Shown here: in pieces, positions 54,946 to 64,000 of the stretch
Numbering within the stretch: position 1 is the stretch's first letter
Layout of the letters: each line of letters opens with the position of its first letter
Origin: an uncultured Nitrospiraceae bacterium
GTDB lineage: Bacteria > Nitrospirota > Thermodesulfovibrionia > Thermodesulfovibrionales > Dissulfurispiraceae
Direction: 5' to 3'
DNA length: 64,000 nt
Assembly (NCBI GenBank): GCA_963705105.1
Contig: CAVPIW010000006.1
Coordinates: 640,001-704,000, forward strand
Notes under the pieces: generated by a model
What the model was told of the DNA's origin: nothing
Seen by the model: only the letters and a program-made list of their open reading frames with translations
Database searches by the model: none
Translations under genes and position numbers: made by a program

Positions 54946-56565
54946 TCAGCGTCGGCTGCGGTCGCGGCGCAAGGCACCAAGACAGACGATGATCGTGCCG
55001 AGAATGCCACTAATAACCATTGTTTCGCCGAGAATGTGATGCCAACCGCCCTGCGGAGCAATCACCAGCATCGCGCCGCCGATCACCAGCGCCGCGGCAC
55101 CGATGGCACCGGTGAGCCACTCGAGGTTGCGGCCGACTCGAGCGCCCAGGGCTTCAATACGCGGAGCCTGCAGTCGGCCCAGATTGCCCTCGGCGATACG
55201 TCGGAGGACGCGTCGCGTGTCGCTGGGCGCATCGCTCATCAAGCGCTCCAGGTCTCGTCCAAGCTTGGTTGTCTTTTCCTTTATCCGTGCCAGCGAGAAG
55301 TGCTGCGCGGTCAGGCGTGAGATCTCCTCGCGAAATGATTCCATGTAGCTATGGTGCGGGTCGAGTTGGCGTATCATCGATTCCAGGATGACGAAAGCGC
55401 GCGTCAGCAGGAAAAACTCGCCGGGATTGTGAACCCCGTGCCGGCTCCCGGCACGCAGCAGCGAATCGAGCGCGGACCCGACCGAAACATCCGCCGGGTC
55501 GCCCCTGTGGATTTCATAGAGCACTGCCTTGATGTCCACCAACAGCGCCGCACGGTTGACCCTTTCGCTCGCCAGTGCCATTTCGAGATAAGCCTCGGTG
55601 GCGGCCCGCGCATCGCCTTTGACGACCGCTTCGAGCAGGAGTGTCAGCGACTCGCGCATCGGCTCGTCAAGCTCGCCCGTCATCCCGAAATCGAGAAGGC
55701 TCAGCCGCCCGTCGGGCAGAACGAAAACATTGCCGGGATGCGGGTCGGCGTGAAACAACCCTTCTTCGAAGATCGTTTGCAGCATCAGCCTTACGAGGGT
55801 GTTGATCGACCGCGGAACCGCTTCCGGGTGCAGCCTGGCGTAGAGATCCAGCCGTTCGCCGGCCGAAAACTCCAGCGTGATCACGGTTGCGCTCGAATAC
55901 TCCGACACGACATCCGGAATCCAGAGGTCGGGGACATCTGCCAGCGCGGTGCGAAAGAGCACTATGGAACGGGCTTCGCGACTGAAATCGGTTTCCCGGT
56001 TCAGACTGTTGGCAAATTCAAGCACCACAACGGGGAGGTCGAGTGCGCGGAGACTCGGGAAGAGCCTTTCTCCCAGCGCTACCAGATACCTCAGTGCCGC
56101 GATATCCGTGGAGATCATTGCTTCAAGGCCGGGCCGCTGCACCTTCACGGCCACGTGACGCCCGTCCTGCATTGTCGCCTCATGCACCTGGGCGATGGTG
56201 GCGGCGGCGAGCGGGGTTTCGCTGAATGATGCGAACAATTCCGTCAACGGTGCGCCCAGTTCGGCTTCGACCGTCGCGCGCACCGCGTCAATGCCCAGCG
56301 CCGGCAACTGGTCATGCAGCAACTCCAACTCATCGATGTAGGCGTCCGGTAGCATGTCGCGCCGCATCGCGAGCACTTGTCCGAATTTGAGAAAGGTCAG
56401 CCCCAGTTCCTCGAAGGTTTCCCGTACCTCTTTCGGCGGCGGCCAATGTCTTTTGCCGCGCAGGGCGCCCAGGAACTTGTGTCGGGCGAGCACGCGCAGG
56501 ATTTGCATAAGTCGCGGCGCCGCTCTCAGCAGGCTGCTTTTCTCCGGGTCGATCCTTAAAGCCAT
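54946..56565 (-). CDS. ABC1/AarF/UbiB-family protein kinase
   Basis: FLKFGQ, PLAAATIAQVH, VAVKVQRPG, FHADPHPGN, LLDFGM. Confidence 0.92.
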   Translation of the reverse strand: MALRIDPEKSSLLRAAPRLMQILRVLARHKFLGALRGKRHWPPPKEVRETFEELGLTFLKFGQVLAMRRDMLPDAYIDELELLHDQLPALGIDAVRATVEAELGAPLTELFASFSETPLAAATIAQVHEATMQDGRHVAVKVQRPGLEAMISTDIAALRYLVALGERLFPSLRALDLPVVVLEFANSLNRETDFSREARSIVLFRTALADVPDLWIPDVVSEYSSATVITLEFSAGERLDLYARLHPEAVPRSINTLVRLMLQTIFEEGLFHADPHPGNVFVLPDGRLSLLDFGMTGELDEPMRESLTLLLEAVVKGDARAATEAYLEMALASERVNRAALLVDIKAVLYEIHRGDPADVSVGSALDSLLRAGSRHGVHNPGEFFLLTRAFVILESMIRQLDPHHSYMESFREEISRLTAQHFSLARIKEKTTKLGRDLERLMSDAPSDTRRVLRRIAEGNLGRLQAPRIEALGARVGRNLEWLTGAIGAAALVIGGAMLVIAPQGGWHHILGETMVISGILGTIIVCLGALRRDRSRR

Positions 56566-56899
56566 GCGCTCCTCCAAAAGTTAAGGGTAGAATAATTCCG
56601 GAAACATGTTATCCTTTTTGTGTCCCCGACTTTGCCCGGCTATTCCCCCTTTATTTATTGTAATATATTTTCTTGCAGTTACAAATCTGCACCGAGCAGG
56701 CTGCAGAAAGAGAACAAAATGGCACAGCCGGAAAATCCGCCTGCTCCATTTCGCAAGTCCCGGATGCTGTTGCGGCTACTTGTCATCCGGTCTTATCTTT
56801 GGTACATTTAATTTATGGTTCTCTCGCCACGGTCGTGATTGCCCTTCTCAGTGCAGAAGATGTGGCAATAATCTTTTTTGTTCGGTGCACAGGTTATTG

Positions 56900-57004
56900 C
56901 AGAACATCACAAAAGCTGAAACCCTTTTAGGCTTCGACCCAAGGGTTTCGCTCTCGGAGGGAGCCCAATTAACCTTTGAATGATACAAAATGCTTATGAT
57001 ATGA
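56900..57004 (+). pseudogene. Remnant C-terminus of an NAD-dependent epimerase/dehydratase
   Basis: NITKAETLLGFDPRVSLSEGAQLTFE*YK matches the D.TKA..LLGF.P.VSL.EG...T.EWY tail, with TGA in place of TGG. Confidence 0.5.
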
Positions 57005-57019
57005 GAACGAGGTGATTCA

Positions 57020-58201
57020 ATGGATATTTTTGAAAAGTGCGTACAAGCCACGGAGTATGAAACCGGATTGAAGCAAAGTGGCCACTATTTCTTTTTTCGG
57101 AGGCTCGAATCCCCGCAGGATCCTGAGGTGATGGTCAACGGGAAGAGGGTCATCATGATCGGCTCCAACAACTATCTTGGACTCACCAACCACCCCCGGG
57201 TGAAGGAAGCAGCGATCAAGGCCGTTGAAAAATATGGTAGTGGCTGTGCAGGTTCACGATTTCTAAACGGGAATCTTGAGATCCATGAAGAACTGGAAAA
57301 GAAGTTGGCCAAATTCTTGCGGAAAGAGGCTGCTCTGGTTTTCGCAACCGGCTACCAAACCAATTTGGGAGTGATCTCTGCTCTTGTGGGCCGCAACGAC
57401 GTCGCTATTATCGATATGCACGATCATGCAAGCATCATGGATGGCTGTCGCCTCTCCTTCGGCGAGGTCAAGAAATACCGGCATAACGACATGGCCGCAC
57501 TGGAAAGAGCTCTCGAAGGAACCAAGGGAAAAGACAGACTGATCATCGTCGATGGCGTCTTCAGCATGGAAGGCGATATTGCTGACCTCCCTGCCATTGT
57601 GAATCTGGCCAAGGCCTATGGGGCGAGGATCATGCTGGATGACGCCCACGGGGTCGGCGTTCTTGGAAATGGTGGACGGGGAACAGCGGAGCATTTTGAT
57701 CTGGAAAACGAAGTGGATCTTATCATGGGAACCCACAGCAAGTCCCTTGCGGCGATCGGCGGGTTTGTCGCTGGGCCATCAGATGTGATAAGTTGGATCA
57801 AACACCTTGCTCGCTCGATGATGTTCAGCGCCAGTCTCCCCCCGTCCCTGGTGGCATCGGTGAGTACCGCTTTGGACATCATTGAAGAACAGCCCGAATT
57901 AAGAGCCAGGCTTTGGAGAAATACGCACAAGATGCTGAAAGGATATAAAACGCTCGGATACGATACAGGAACGAGCGAAACCCCGATCATTCCCGTCTTT
58001 ATTAAAGACACCATGAAAACTTACGAGATGTGCAGGCTCCTCTTCGAAAACGGGGTCTTTGTCAATGCGGTCATAAGCCCTGCAGTCCCGCACGGGCAAG
58101 AACTCCTTAGGACAAGTTACATGGCGACTCATACGGAGGAACAGTTGGATAGGGTCTTGGCTGCCTTCGAAAAAGTGGGAAGACAGGTGGGAGTGATCTG
58201 A
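57020..58201 (+). CDS. PLP-dependent alpha-oxoamine synthase (serine palmitoyltransferase / BioF-like)
   Basis: GSNNYLGL, GSRFLNG, TGYQTN, DHASI, DGVFSMEGD, DDAHG, GTHSKS (PLP Lys). Confidence 0.9.
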   Translation: MDIFEKCVQATEYETGLKQSGHYFFFRRLESPQDPEVMVNGKRVIMIGSNNYLGLTNHPRVKEAAIKAVEKYGSGCAGSRFLNGNLEIHEELEKKLAKFLRKEAALVFATGYQTNLGVISALVGRNDVAIIDMHDHASIMDGCRLSFGEVKKYRHNDMAALERALEGTKGKDRLIIVDGVFSMEGDIADLPAIVNLAKAYGARIMLDDAHGVGVLGNGGRGTAEHFDLENEVDLIMGTHSKSLAAIGGFVAGPSDVISWIKHLARSMMFSASLPPSLVASVSTALDIIEEQPELRARLWRNTHKMLKGYKTLGYDTGTSETPIIPVFIKDTMKTYEMCRLLFENGVFVNAVISPAVPHGQELLRTSYMATHTEEQLDRVLAAFEKVGRQVGVI

Positions 58202-58265
58202 CTTGAGATTTTGAACATTTCTTCTTTAGTATTTTACAGTGAGTTTGATAGCGGAGGGAGGAGCG

Positions 58266-58538
58266 GTGTACACCACACTGGAAAGACTGCAGCAGCTTTT
58301 CATAGCCCGCTTTGATTACAAAATTGAAGAACTTACGGCCGCGACGACGCTCGAAAATTTAGGCCTCGATTCTCTCGATATCATCGAATTCATGTTTGAT
58401 ATCGAAAAGGAATTCAAAGTCAGAATTCCTGACCGGGAGTTTAAGGTAACAACGATACAGGACATGGTGGATGCTCTGGACAGGTTCCTCTCGGAAGAGG
58501 ACACGAAACACGATGCGGGGTCTTCGCGTCATGATTGA
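58266..58538 (+). CDS. Acyl carrier protein
   Basis: LGLDSLDIIE phosphopantetheine motif; GTG start after GGAGGGAGGAG. Confidence 0.88.
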   Translation: MYTTLERLQQLFIARFDYKIEELTAATTLENLGLDSLDIIEFMFDIEKEFKVRIPDREFKVTTIQDMVDALDRFLSEEDTKHDAGSSRHD

Positions 58539-58556
58539 GTTCAATACGAATTATTT

Positions 58557-59795
58557 ATGAAACGGAGAGTCGCCGTCACAGGACTGGGCATTATTTCCCC
58601 TTGTGGGAATACTATCGATGACTTTTCATTCAATCTCATGTCTGGCAAGTCCGGAGTCAGAAGAATCTCGTCACCCTATTCAAGCCTCCTTTCAGTAAAG
58701 ATTGCCGCTGAAGTCGATTTTAATCCCCTCGACTATTTCATTAAGAAACAAGTGTCCGGTATGGACCGTGTCAACCAATTCGCGTTAGCTGCCGTTTCTC
58801 AAGCCTGGAAAGATTCAGAGCTGTCTCTCGATGCGAAAGAGAAAGAGCGGGCGGGAGTATATATCGGTTGCAGTGTGGGAGGGGCGAATACCATAGAGGA
58901 TTTATACGATCAACTATTTAAACAGAACGCCGACCGGGTAAAACCGCTCACGGTGCTCATGGTGATGAATAGCGCTTCCGCCTCCCATATATCGATAGCG
59001 TATGGTCTATCAGGGCCCTGTTTGACACTATCCACTGCCTGTGCTTCCTCGGCAAACTCTATCGGGGAGGCTTTCCGGCAAGTCAGAGATGGATATGTTG
59101 ACGTGATGCTCGCAGGAGGGGTCGAGGCCTTTTTGAACTATGGAGGTTTCCGAGGCTGGGAATCTCTCAGGGTGCTCGCTGTCGAAGACCCTGAAGACCC
59201 GTCAAAATCCTGCAAGCCATTCTCTAAAGACCGTACCGGTTTAGTACTGGGTGAAGGTGCTGCCATGGTGGTGCTTGAGGAGATGGAAAGGGCCGTACGA
59301 CGGGGAGCACCGATTTACGCAGAGCTTATTGGCTATAGTTCGACATCCGATGCCGGTCATATTACCAGACCCTCTCTCGAAGGGCAGGCACGAGCGATGT
59401 CAGAAGCGCTCAAAGAGGCAGGTTTATTGCCCGAAGATATAGACTACATCAATGCCCATGGGACGGCAACTCATTGGAATGATCTCTTGGAGACACTGGC
59501 TATCAAGAAGGTATTCGGCGATTATGCCTGCAACGTTCCCGTCAGTTCTACAAAATCGATGCATGGCCACACCATGGGAGCAACCGGCGCCATTGAATTT
59601 ATTGCTTCGCTGCTTGCGATAAGAAATCAAGCCGTTCCCCCAACGATTAACCTGGACCAACCTGACCCGGAATGCGACCTCGACTATGTTCCGAATGTTG
59701 GCCGTAAAGGGGTGAAAGTAAATACCGTGATGTCAAATTCTTTCGCCTTCGGGGGAACCAATGCAGTGCTTATTGCCAGGAAGATGGGGGAATAG
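58557..59795 (+). CDS. fabF: Beta-ketoacyl-ACP synthase II (FabF-like)
   Basis: VAVTGLG, TACAS, GEGA, YINAHGTAT, KSMHGH, SNSFAFGGTN. Confidence 0.92.
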   Translation: MKRRVAVTGLGIISPCGNTIDDFSFNLMSGKSGVRRISSPYSSLLSVKIAAEVDFNPLDYFIKKQVSGMDRVNQFALAAVSQAWKDSELSLDAKEKERAGVYIGCSVGGANTIEDLYDQLFKQNADRVKPLTVLMVMNSASASHISIAYGLSGPCLTLSTACASSANSIGEAFRQVRDGYVDVMLAGGVEAFLNYGGFRGWESLRVLAVEDPEDPSKSCKPFSKDRTGLVLGEGAAMVVLEEMERAVRRGAPIYAELIGYSSTSDAGHITRPSLEGQARAMSEALKEAGLLPEDIDYINAHGTATHWNDLLETLAIKKVFGDYACNVPVSSTKSMHGHTMGATGAIEFIASLLAIRNQAVPPTINLDQPDPECDLDYVPNVGRKGVKVNTVMSNSFAFGGTNAVLIARKMGE

Positions 59796-59824
59796 GCTTA
59801 CCGGGGCATGGAAGAGGAACGACA

Positions 59825-60643
59825 ATGAAGGCCCTGACCATACTGTTACTGTTGATGACGGCTCCCGGCATCGCCGGTTGCGTTAACCAGACCAGGCTTC
59901 ACAGTCCAATGCAACCCGATGGCTGGAGTGCCCAACCCTTATCGATTGCGTGCCGTTTTGCCCCTGATGCCAGCCTTGATCCCGCCACCGGAACGCCCGT
60001 GGGAGATGAGGGATATTATCTCTATATCCTGACCGACAGCGCCGGCAACAGGGACTTCAGCACTTCCCTGTCAGTTGCATTCACGTTTAAGAAGAATCCG
60101 GGAGGGCACAGCTGGATCATGCTGGAAAGTCCTCAGAATCGCGTGGAATACGGCCACAACGGCAACTTCGGGCTGGAGAAACTGCATTATCTGGAGGGCG
60201 TGTATCAGAGATTTCGGGATAATCATCCCAATCCCATTGCTTATTTGTGGGAGGCGATGGACGACGGCCGGTTAGAGATCGGCAGTCCTGATCATACCCC
60301 CACGTTTGCCTGGAGAATGCCGATCACCAAACAGCGGTATCAGGCGATTTATGATTACGTGATGCAGCGAAAGTATGACCAGTTCCGTTTGAGGGATAAC
60401 AACTGTGTCGATATGGTGACTGACGCAGCGGCGCTGGCGGGTATCAATTTGATCCACCGTCTTCGTCTCACCATCCCGCAGGAAACGGAGATACTGGGCA
60501 GCAAGTTGCGTCCCTGGACGGACCCAAAATACCGCATACTGGAGTTCAGTACCCCTGACGTGCTGCAGATGGACCTGCGCGGGCTTGCCCGGTTCGGAAT
60601 CGGGAATGATGTGACCGAATGGTATCTGGGTTTAAAGCGGTGA
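59825..60643 (+). CDS. Predicted lipoprotein with permuted papain-like His...Asn-Cys motifs
   Basis: Lipobox IAGC; GGHSWI and DNNCVD. Confidence 0.55.
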   Translation: MKALTILLLLMTAPGIAGCVNQTRLHSPMQPDGWSAQPLSIACRFAPDASLDPATGTPVGDEGYYLYILTDSAGNRDFSTSLSVAFTFKKNPGGHSWIMLESPQNRVEYGHNGNFGLEKLHYLEGVYQRFRDNHPNPIAYLWEAMDDGRLEIGSPDHTPTFAWRMPITKQRYQAIYDYVMQRKYDQFRLRDNNCVDMVTDAAALAGINLIHRLRLTIPQETEILGSKLRPWTDPKYRILEFSTPDVLQMDLRGLARFGIGNDVTEWYLGLKR

Positions 60644-60666
60644 CCAGGTGGGAGGGTCAGTCATTA

Positions 60667-62427
60667 TCAATCAGACTTGGGACCATTGCCGACAGGTCGC
60701 GATACGCCCCAACCCTCATCCGGTGGTGTAACTATCCTCTTCACCACGTAATCGCCCAATCCGTGAAGAGATCCGCTCATATAGTAACGCACTCTGTTGT
60801 CCCCGGCTGTCAGAGAGAAGATCGATTTGTCGTAAGGACGAACCCTTAAAGACATCGGTACGCCCATCAGGTCGAGAAGGGTCGCGAAATTGTTGAGATG
60901 GGAAACCCTGAGGCCGGGGGGAATGCCGGCTAAGAGCCCTTTCTTGCTATACCGCTCACCTGACACGAGGAAATCGGGCACATCGACGATCACATTGTCA
61001 GGCTTCATGTGGGTATACACTTGCCCGTGCTCCGCCAAAGTCTGGCCATGGTCCGATGTGTACAGAATGACATAGTTCTGATTTGTCGTACCGGAAACAA
61101 ACACCCGGAAGAATTCATCCACTTGAAAGCGGATTCCATTGTCATAGGTATTGACGAGCTTCTCACGTCCTGTCGCGCTGGGGTCGATGGATTCCGATGT
61201 TTCCATAACCGGCTTCCAGATCGTAGATGCCATATCGTCCGGATATCTATTGCGATAGTGGAAATGGAGACCCTTCTTGTTGACGAGAACGAAATAGCCG
61301 CCCCTTTCATTCAGAAGACTACTGAGAAAGCGGGCGATGCCCAAATCCTTCGTGGTGTCAAGATCGACGTGGCGCTCCTTGAACGACTGATCGGTCATCC
61401 ACAGGTCCAGGGATCTCACGGGACCATCCCCGGCCGCCTTCACGAGCTGAGAAAGATAGCCTTTATCGATGTCAATGTAGATCGTTTCGTAGCCCATTTT
61501 CTTTGCGTAATCAAGGATGGTCGGATTCCTGGCGGTGCGAAAGGCGTCGTCGGGAAATGCGTTGTGACCGGTAATGAGATAGGCATTGCTGATGTGGGAA
61601 TAGGAACTGGCTGCGACACAAATGCCGAGATTCTTCAGGTGGCCCCGGGTTTCGAGGGATTGAAGGAACGGGGTGGTGGGGCGCGGGTAGCCGTTCAGGC
61701 TGAGATTGCTGCCGCGAACTGACTCATCGATGACATAGATGATGCTGTCCAGTGGCCGTTGGGAGGCGAAAAAGACCGGCAGGTCGTCCCGCGGTCCCTG
61801 ATATGCGCGGAGGTTTTGAAACTCGTAATGAAGTGTTGAACGGAGGAAGGAGGTCAGGGGATTCAGATGGAAGCTGCGTTCCGGCACGTGGAGGAAGAGG
61901 ACGTAATTGGAAGCGAGGAGGTAGAGCGCCGGCAGGAGGCAGAGGGCAAGGGCCTTTCGGAAGGCGGATACAGGGGGGGCGAGGATCAGTGCGGACAGAA
62001 CGAGTACGTAGGGGAGAGCATCCAATAAGACGAGCGGCTTAAAGAAGCTTGAAATGGCTTCTGCCCGATGGTCCCCGCCGACGGTCAGGGCGAGAAGAAC
62101 GTCGGTGCTGGTCATGAACTGGGATAGCGTCTGCCAATAGGAAAATTGGAGGACGACAACAAAAACAGAAAGAAGGAGGGCGACCGTGCGGAGAGGTCTC
62201 GGGAGGAGGGTGATGAGATAGAAGAGTGCGACCACCTGCAGGAAGACCAGCGTGAAGGCGCCTGAGAACTTCATGATGCCGACGACCGGGAGTGAGTGCA
62301 GGAGAGCACGGTAATCGCTGAACCTGAAAATGGGATCAATGATGACAGCGAGGGTCGCTGCAACCAAGGCGGTCAAGGCGCGGGGATAGGGTGCTTGAGT
62401 GATGGCGCGAAGGGAGCACTTTGGCAT
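60667..62427 (-). CDS. Sulfatase-like / phosphoethanolamine-transferase-family membrane protein
   Basis: N-terminal TMs; IDESVRG, LNGYPRPTTP, KGLHFHY, NTYDN, YTSDHG. Confidence 0.8.
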   Translation of the reverse strand: MPKCSLRAITQAPYPRALTALVAATLAVIIDPIFRFSDYRALLHSLPVVGIMKFSGAFTLVFLQVVALFYLITLLPRPLRTVALLLSVFVVVLQFSYWQTLSQFMTSTDVLLALTVGGDHRAEAISSFFKPLVLLDALPYVLVLSALILAPPVSAFRKALALCLLPALYLLASNYVLFLHVPERSFHLNPLTSFLRSTLHYEFQNLRAYQGPRDDLPVFFASQRPLDSIIYVIDESVRGSNLSLNGYPRPTTPFLQSLETRGHLKNLGICVAASSYSHISNAYLITGHNAFPDDAFRTARNPTILDYAKKMGYETIYIDIDKGYLSQLVKAAGDGPVRSLDLWMTDQSFKERHVDLDTTKDLGIARFLSSLLNERGGYFVLVNKKGLHFHYRNRYPDDMASTIWKPVMETSESIDPSATGREKLVNTYDNGIRFQVDEFFRVFVSGTTNQNYVILYTSDHGQTLAEHGQVYTHMKPDNVIVDVPDFLVSGERYSKKGLLAGIPPGLRVSHLNNFATLLDLMGVPMSLRVRPYDKSIFSLTAGDNRVRYYMSGSLHGLGDYVVKRIVTPPDEGWGVSRPVGNGPKSD

Positions 62428-63386
62428 CACTGGCCCTCTTCGAGAAGCCGGCGGCAGACATTCGCGATGTTGAAGGCCGCCGAGCCGTTCTGAACCGGCA
62501 TCAGCCGGCGCAATTTCCATGTCGAAGTCCGAGTAGGATTCTTTCCGAGTGCAATGCCGACGAAGGCAGTTGACGAAAATTGAGTGATCAGGACATCGCA
62601 GTTCGCGATCATTTCTTCTGCACTTCCGGTCGTGAACACCATGGCTCCCGGCGCGTGCCGGCTGATTTCCCGGATGGCGCGCTTGACATTTTCGTTCGGG
62701 TGAAGCTTGAAGATAAGTTGCCTCCCGCCGGCGAACTCGACAGCTCTTCGGATGAAGGCCCTGCGGTTTTCGCCGCGGAATGTCTCCCTCAGCGGCGACG
62801 TGCAGGCCAGCACGTAGTGTCTATAGGGAAACTCATTGCTGCAATATCGCCCGCAGTCATCGAAATTGGGTATTCCCGTAACGACGATCTTCGCGGGGCT
62901 CACACCTTTTCGGATGAAAAATTCGCGATATCCCTCACTTGCGACGCAAAAAGCCCTGTAGGCATCGCTGAGACCCGTCGTTGACGTACCCGCCCACCAG
63001 AGAGGAAGGAATCGGAGGCGCTTGACGAGATGGAACATCATGGATTCCGGGTCCGTAATCCCTTCCTGTACCAGGACGATCCTGTTGCCCCGAATGTTCT
63101 TCTGAAGGTAGACGTCCGAGCAGGTGACCACCAGGTCGTAGGGCCGATTCCTTCCCTGGTAGTCGATGGGGAGGTGATGATCCTGAAGATACCTCCGGCA
63201 GCGTCCCGCCAGTTTGTCCCCTGAGATCGTGAACTCGAGCAACCCGAGTCTTCGAAGAATCTCGTCAAAACCGTGGACGTAGTAGGGCGAGAAGGAGTGC
63301 TCATACTCGGGAAGATGCCCGGAGATCTGGTGCATCTGGGTTGTCTGATTCATCGAACCACATATAAAGAATATCCTTTTTCTCAT
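62427..63386 (-). CDS. Conserved hypothetical protein, GT-B-like fold
   Basis: VVTGIPNFD, IFKLHPNE, MIANCDVLITQFSST...ALGK; start MRKRIFF. Confidence 0.65.
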   Translation of the reverse strand: MRKRIFFICGSMNQTTQMHQISGHLPEYEHSFSPYYVHGFDEILRRLGLLEFTISGDKLAGRCRRYLQDHHLPIDYQGRNRPYDLVVTCSDVYLQKNIRGNRIVLVQEGITDPESMMFHLVKRLRFLPLWWAGTSTTGLSDAYRAFCVASEGYREFFIRKGVSPAKIVVTGIPNFDDCGRYCSNEFPYRHYVLACTSPLRETFRGENRRAFIRRAVEFAGGRQLIFKLHPNENVKRAIREISRHAPGAMVFTTGSAEEMIANCDVLITQFSSTAFVGIALGKNPTRTSTWKLRRLMPVQNGSAAFNIANVCRRLLEEGQ

Positions 63387-63494
63387 CGCGCACTTCCCGT
63401 CGTCGCCTGGGCGCCCGGCGGTCATTCTCCCGGGGAAGATGATAAGGCACAGGCATGGCGTGCCTGAGTGATGGTGCGAGGGGGCACTTTGCGA

Positions 63495-63998
63495 TTACTT
63501 GTCATCTTCCCATTTGGTGGTCATGATGCCCAGGACGAAGGCCACGGCGGCGAAAGCCCCTATGACCATGGAATATCTCAGCGCGGCCGTGTTGTCGGCA
63601 AGTACCATGGATGCCCGGAGCCCCTCGTTCACATAAAAGAGAGGCAGTACCTTGGCGAACTTCTGCAGGAATTCCGGCATCATCTCGATCGGGAAGAAGG
63701 TCCCCGAGAGGAACATCATCGGGAACATGATGGCGTTTGCCGCCGCTGCGGCGCTCTCCGCCTCCTTCGCGACACGGGTGAGTATCATCCCGAGCCCGAC
63801 GAACGCAAAGACGGCAAGCACAATGAACAGCGGGAGCCAGGCATTTATCTCGAGGCTGACATTGAACACACCATAGCTCACCAGCAATATCACAATGGTG
63901 GACAGAACCGCGAGGATGAACTGGTACAGGACGTTCGACAGGATCCAGTCGGTATGGGTGATGGGGGTGGTAGACAGCCTCCTGATGATGCCCTTCTG
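63495..63998 (-). CDS. ABC-2 transporter permease, C-terminal part (runs off window end)
   Basis: IIRRLSTTP, FPMMFLSGTFFP, LPLFYVNEGLR. Confidence 0.85.
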   Translation of the reverse strand, partial: QKGIIRRLSTTPITHTDWILSNVLYQFILAVLSTIVILLVSYGVFNVSLEINAWLPLFIVLAVFAFVGLGMILTRVAKEAESAAAAANAIMFPMMFLSGTFFPIEMMPEFLQKFAKVLPLFYVNEGLRASMVLADNTAALRYSMVIGAFAAVAFVLGIMTTKWEDDK

Positions 63999-64000
63999 CC

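Noticed and set aside
56981..56983. Second possible Sec/Trp UGA readthrough
   Set aside because: Aligns to a Trp position in a 5'-less gene remnant; ordinary nonsense decay
57020..58201. Calling the gene bioF
   Set aside because: No biotin genes nearby and the ACP/FabF context fits an SPT-like role; symbol withheld

Overview
Bacterial genomic window of moderately high GC, probably from a metagenome-type assembly. Gene content suggests an anaerobic Gram-negative lineage such as Nitrospirota or Desulfobacterota (low-confidence inference). 1-17 kb is mostly housekeeping: a YeeE/YedE pair whose first gene is a probable UGA-readthrough selenoprotein, LysE, a 4Fe-4S membrane protein, ABC-2 transporter, rsmI, ferritin-like protein, nadE, histidine kinase, NRDE and a frameshifted VIT-vWA gene. 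17.7-33.6 kb holds a class A PBP, a cyclic beta-1,2-glucan synthase with a replaced C-terminus, and a DUF362 gene split by a purine-rich insert. The highlight is 33.6-48.7 kb: a co-oriented, partly lower-GC cassette bracketed by two near-identical ~188-bp direct repeats. It encodes PHP metallohydrolase - caspase-like protease - bacterial gasdermin - second caspase-like protease - helical protein - transmembrane nSTAND1 NTPase with YD-like repeats - two decayed patatin genes - amidohydrolase. The second caspase and the helical protein share a ~30-aa Gly/Val/Asp-rich motif that could be a homotypic, amyloid-like signalling adaptor. 48.9-64 kb contains a duplicated UPF0182 3' end flanking hicBA, an ABC1 kinase, an SPT-like/ACP/FabF lipid cluster and cell-surface modification genes. 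A modular ~190-bp palindromic-ended repeat family recurs at least 7 times. No rRNA, tRNA or CRISPR array was recognised. All family calls come from motif recognition, not database searches.
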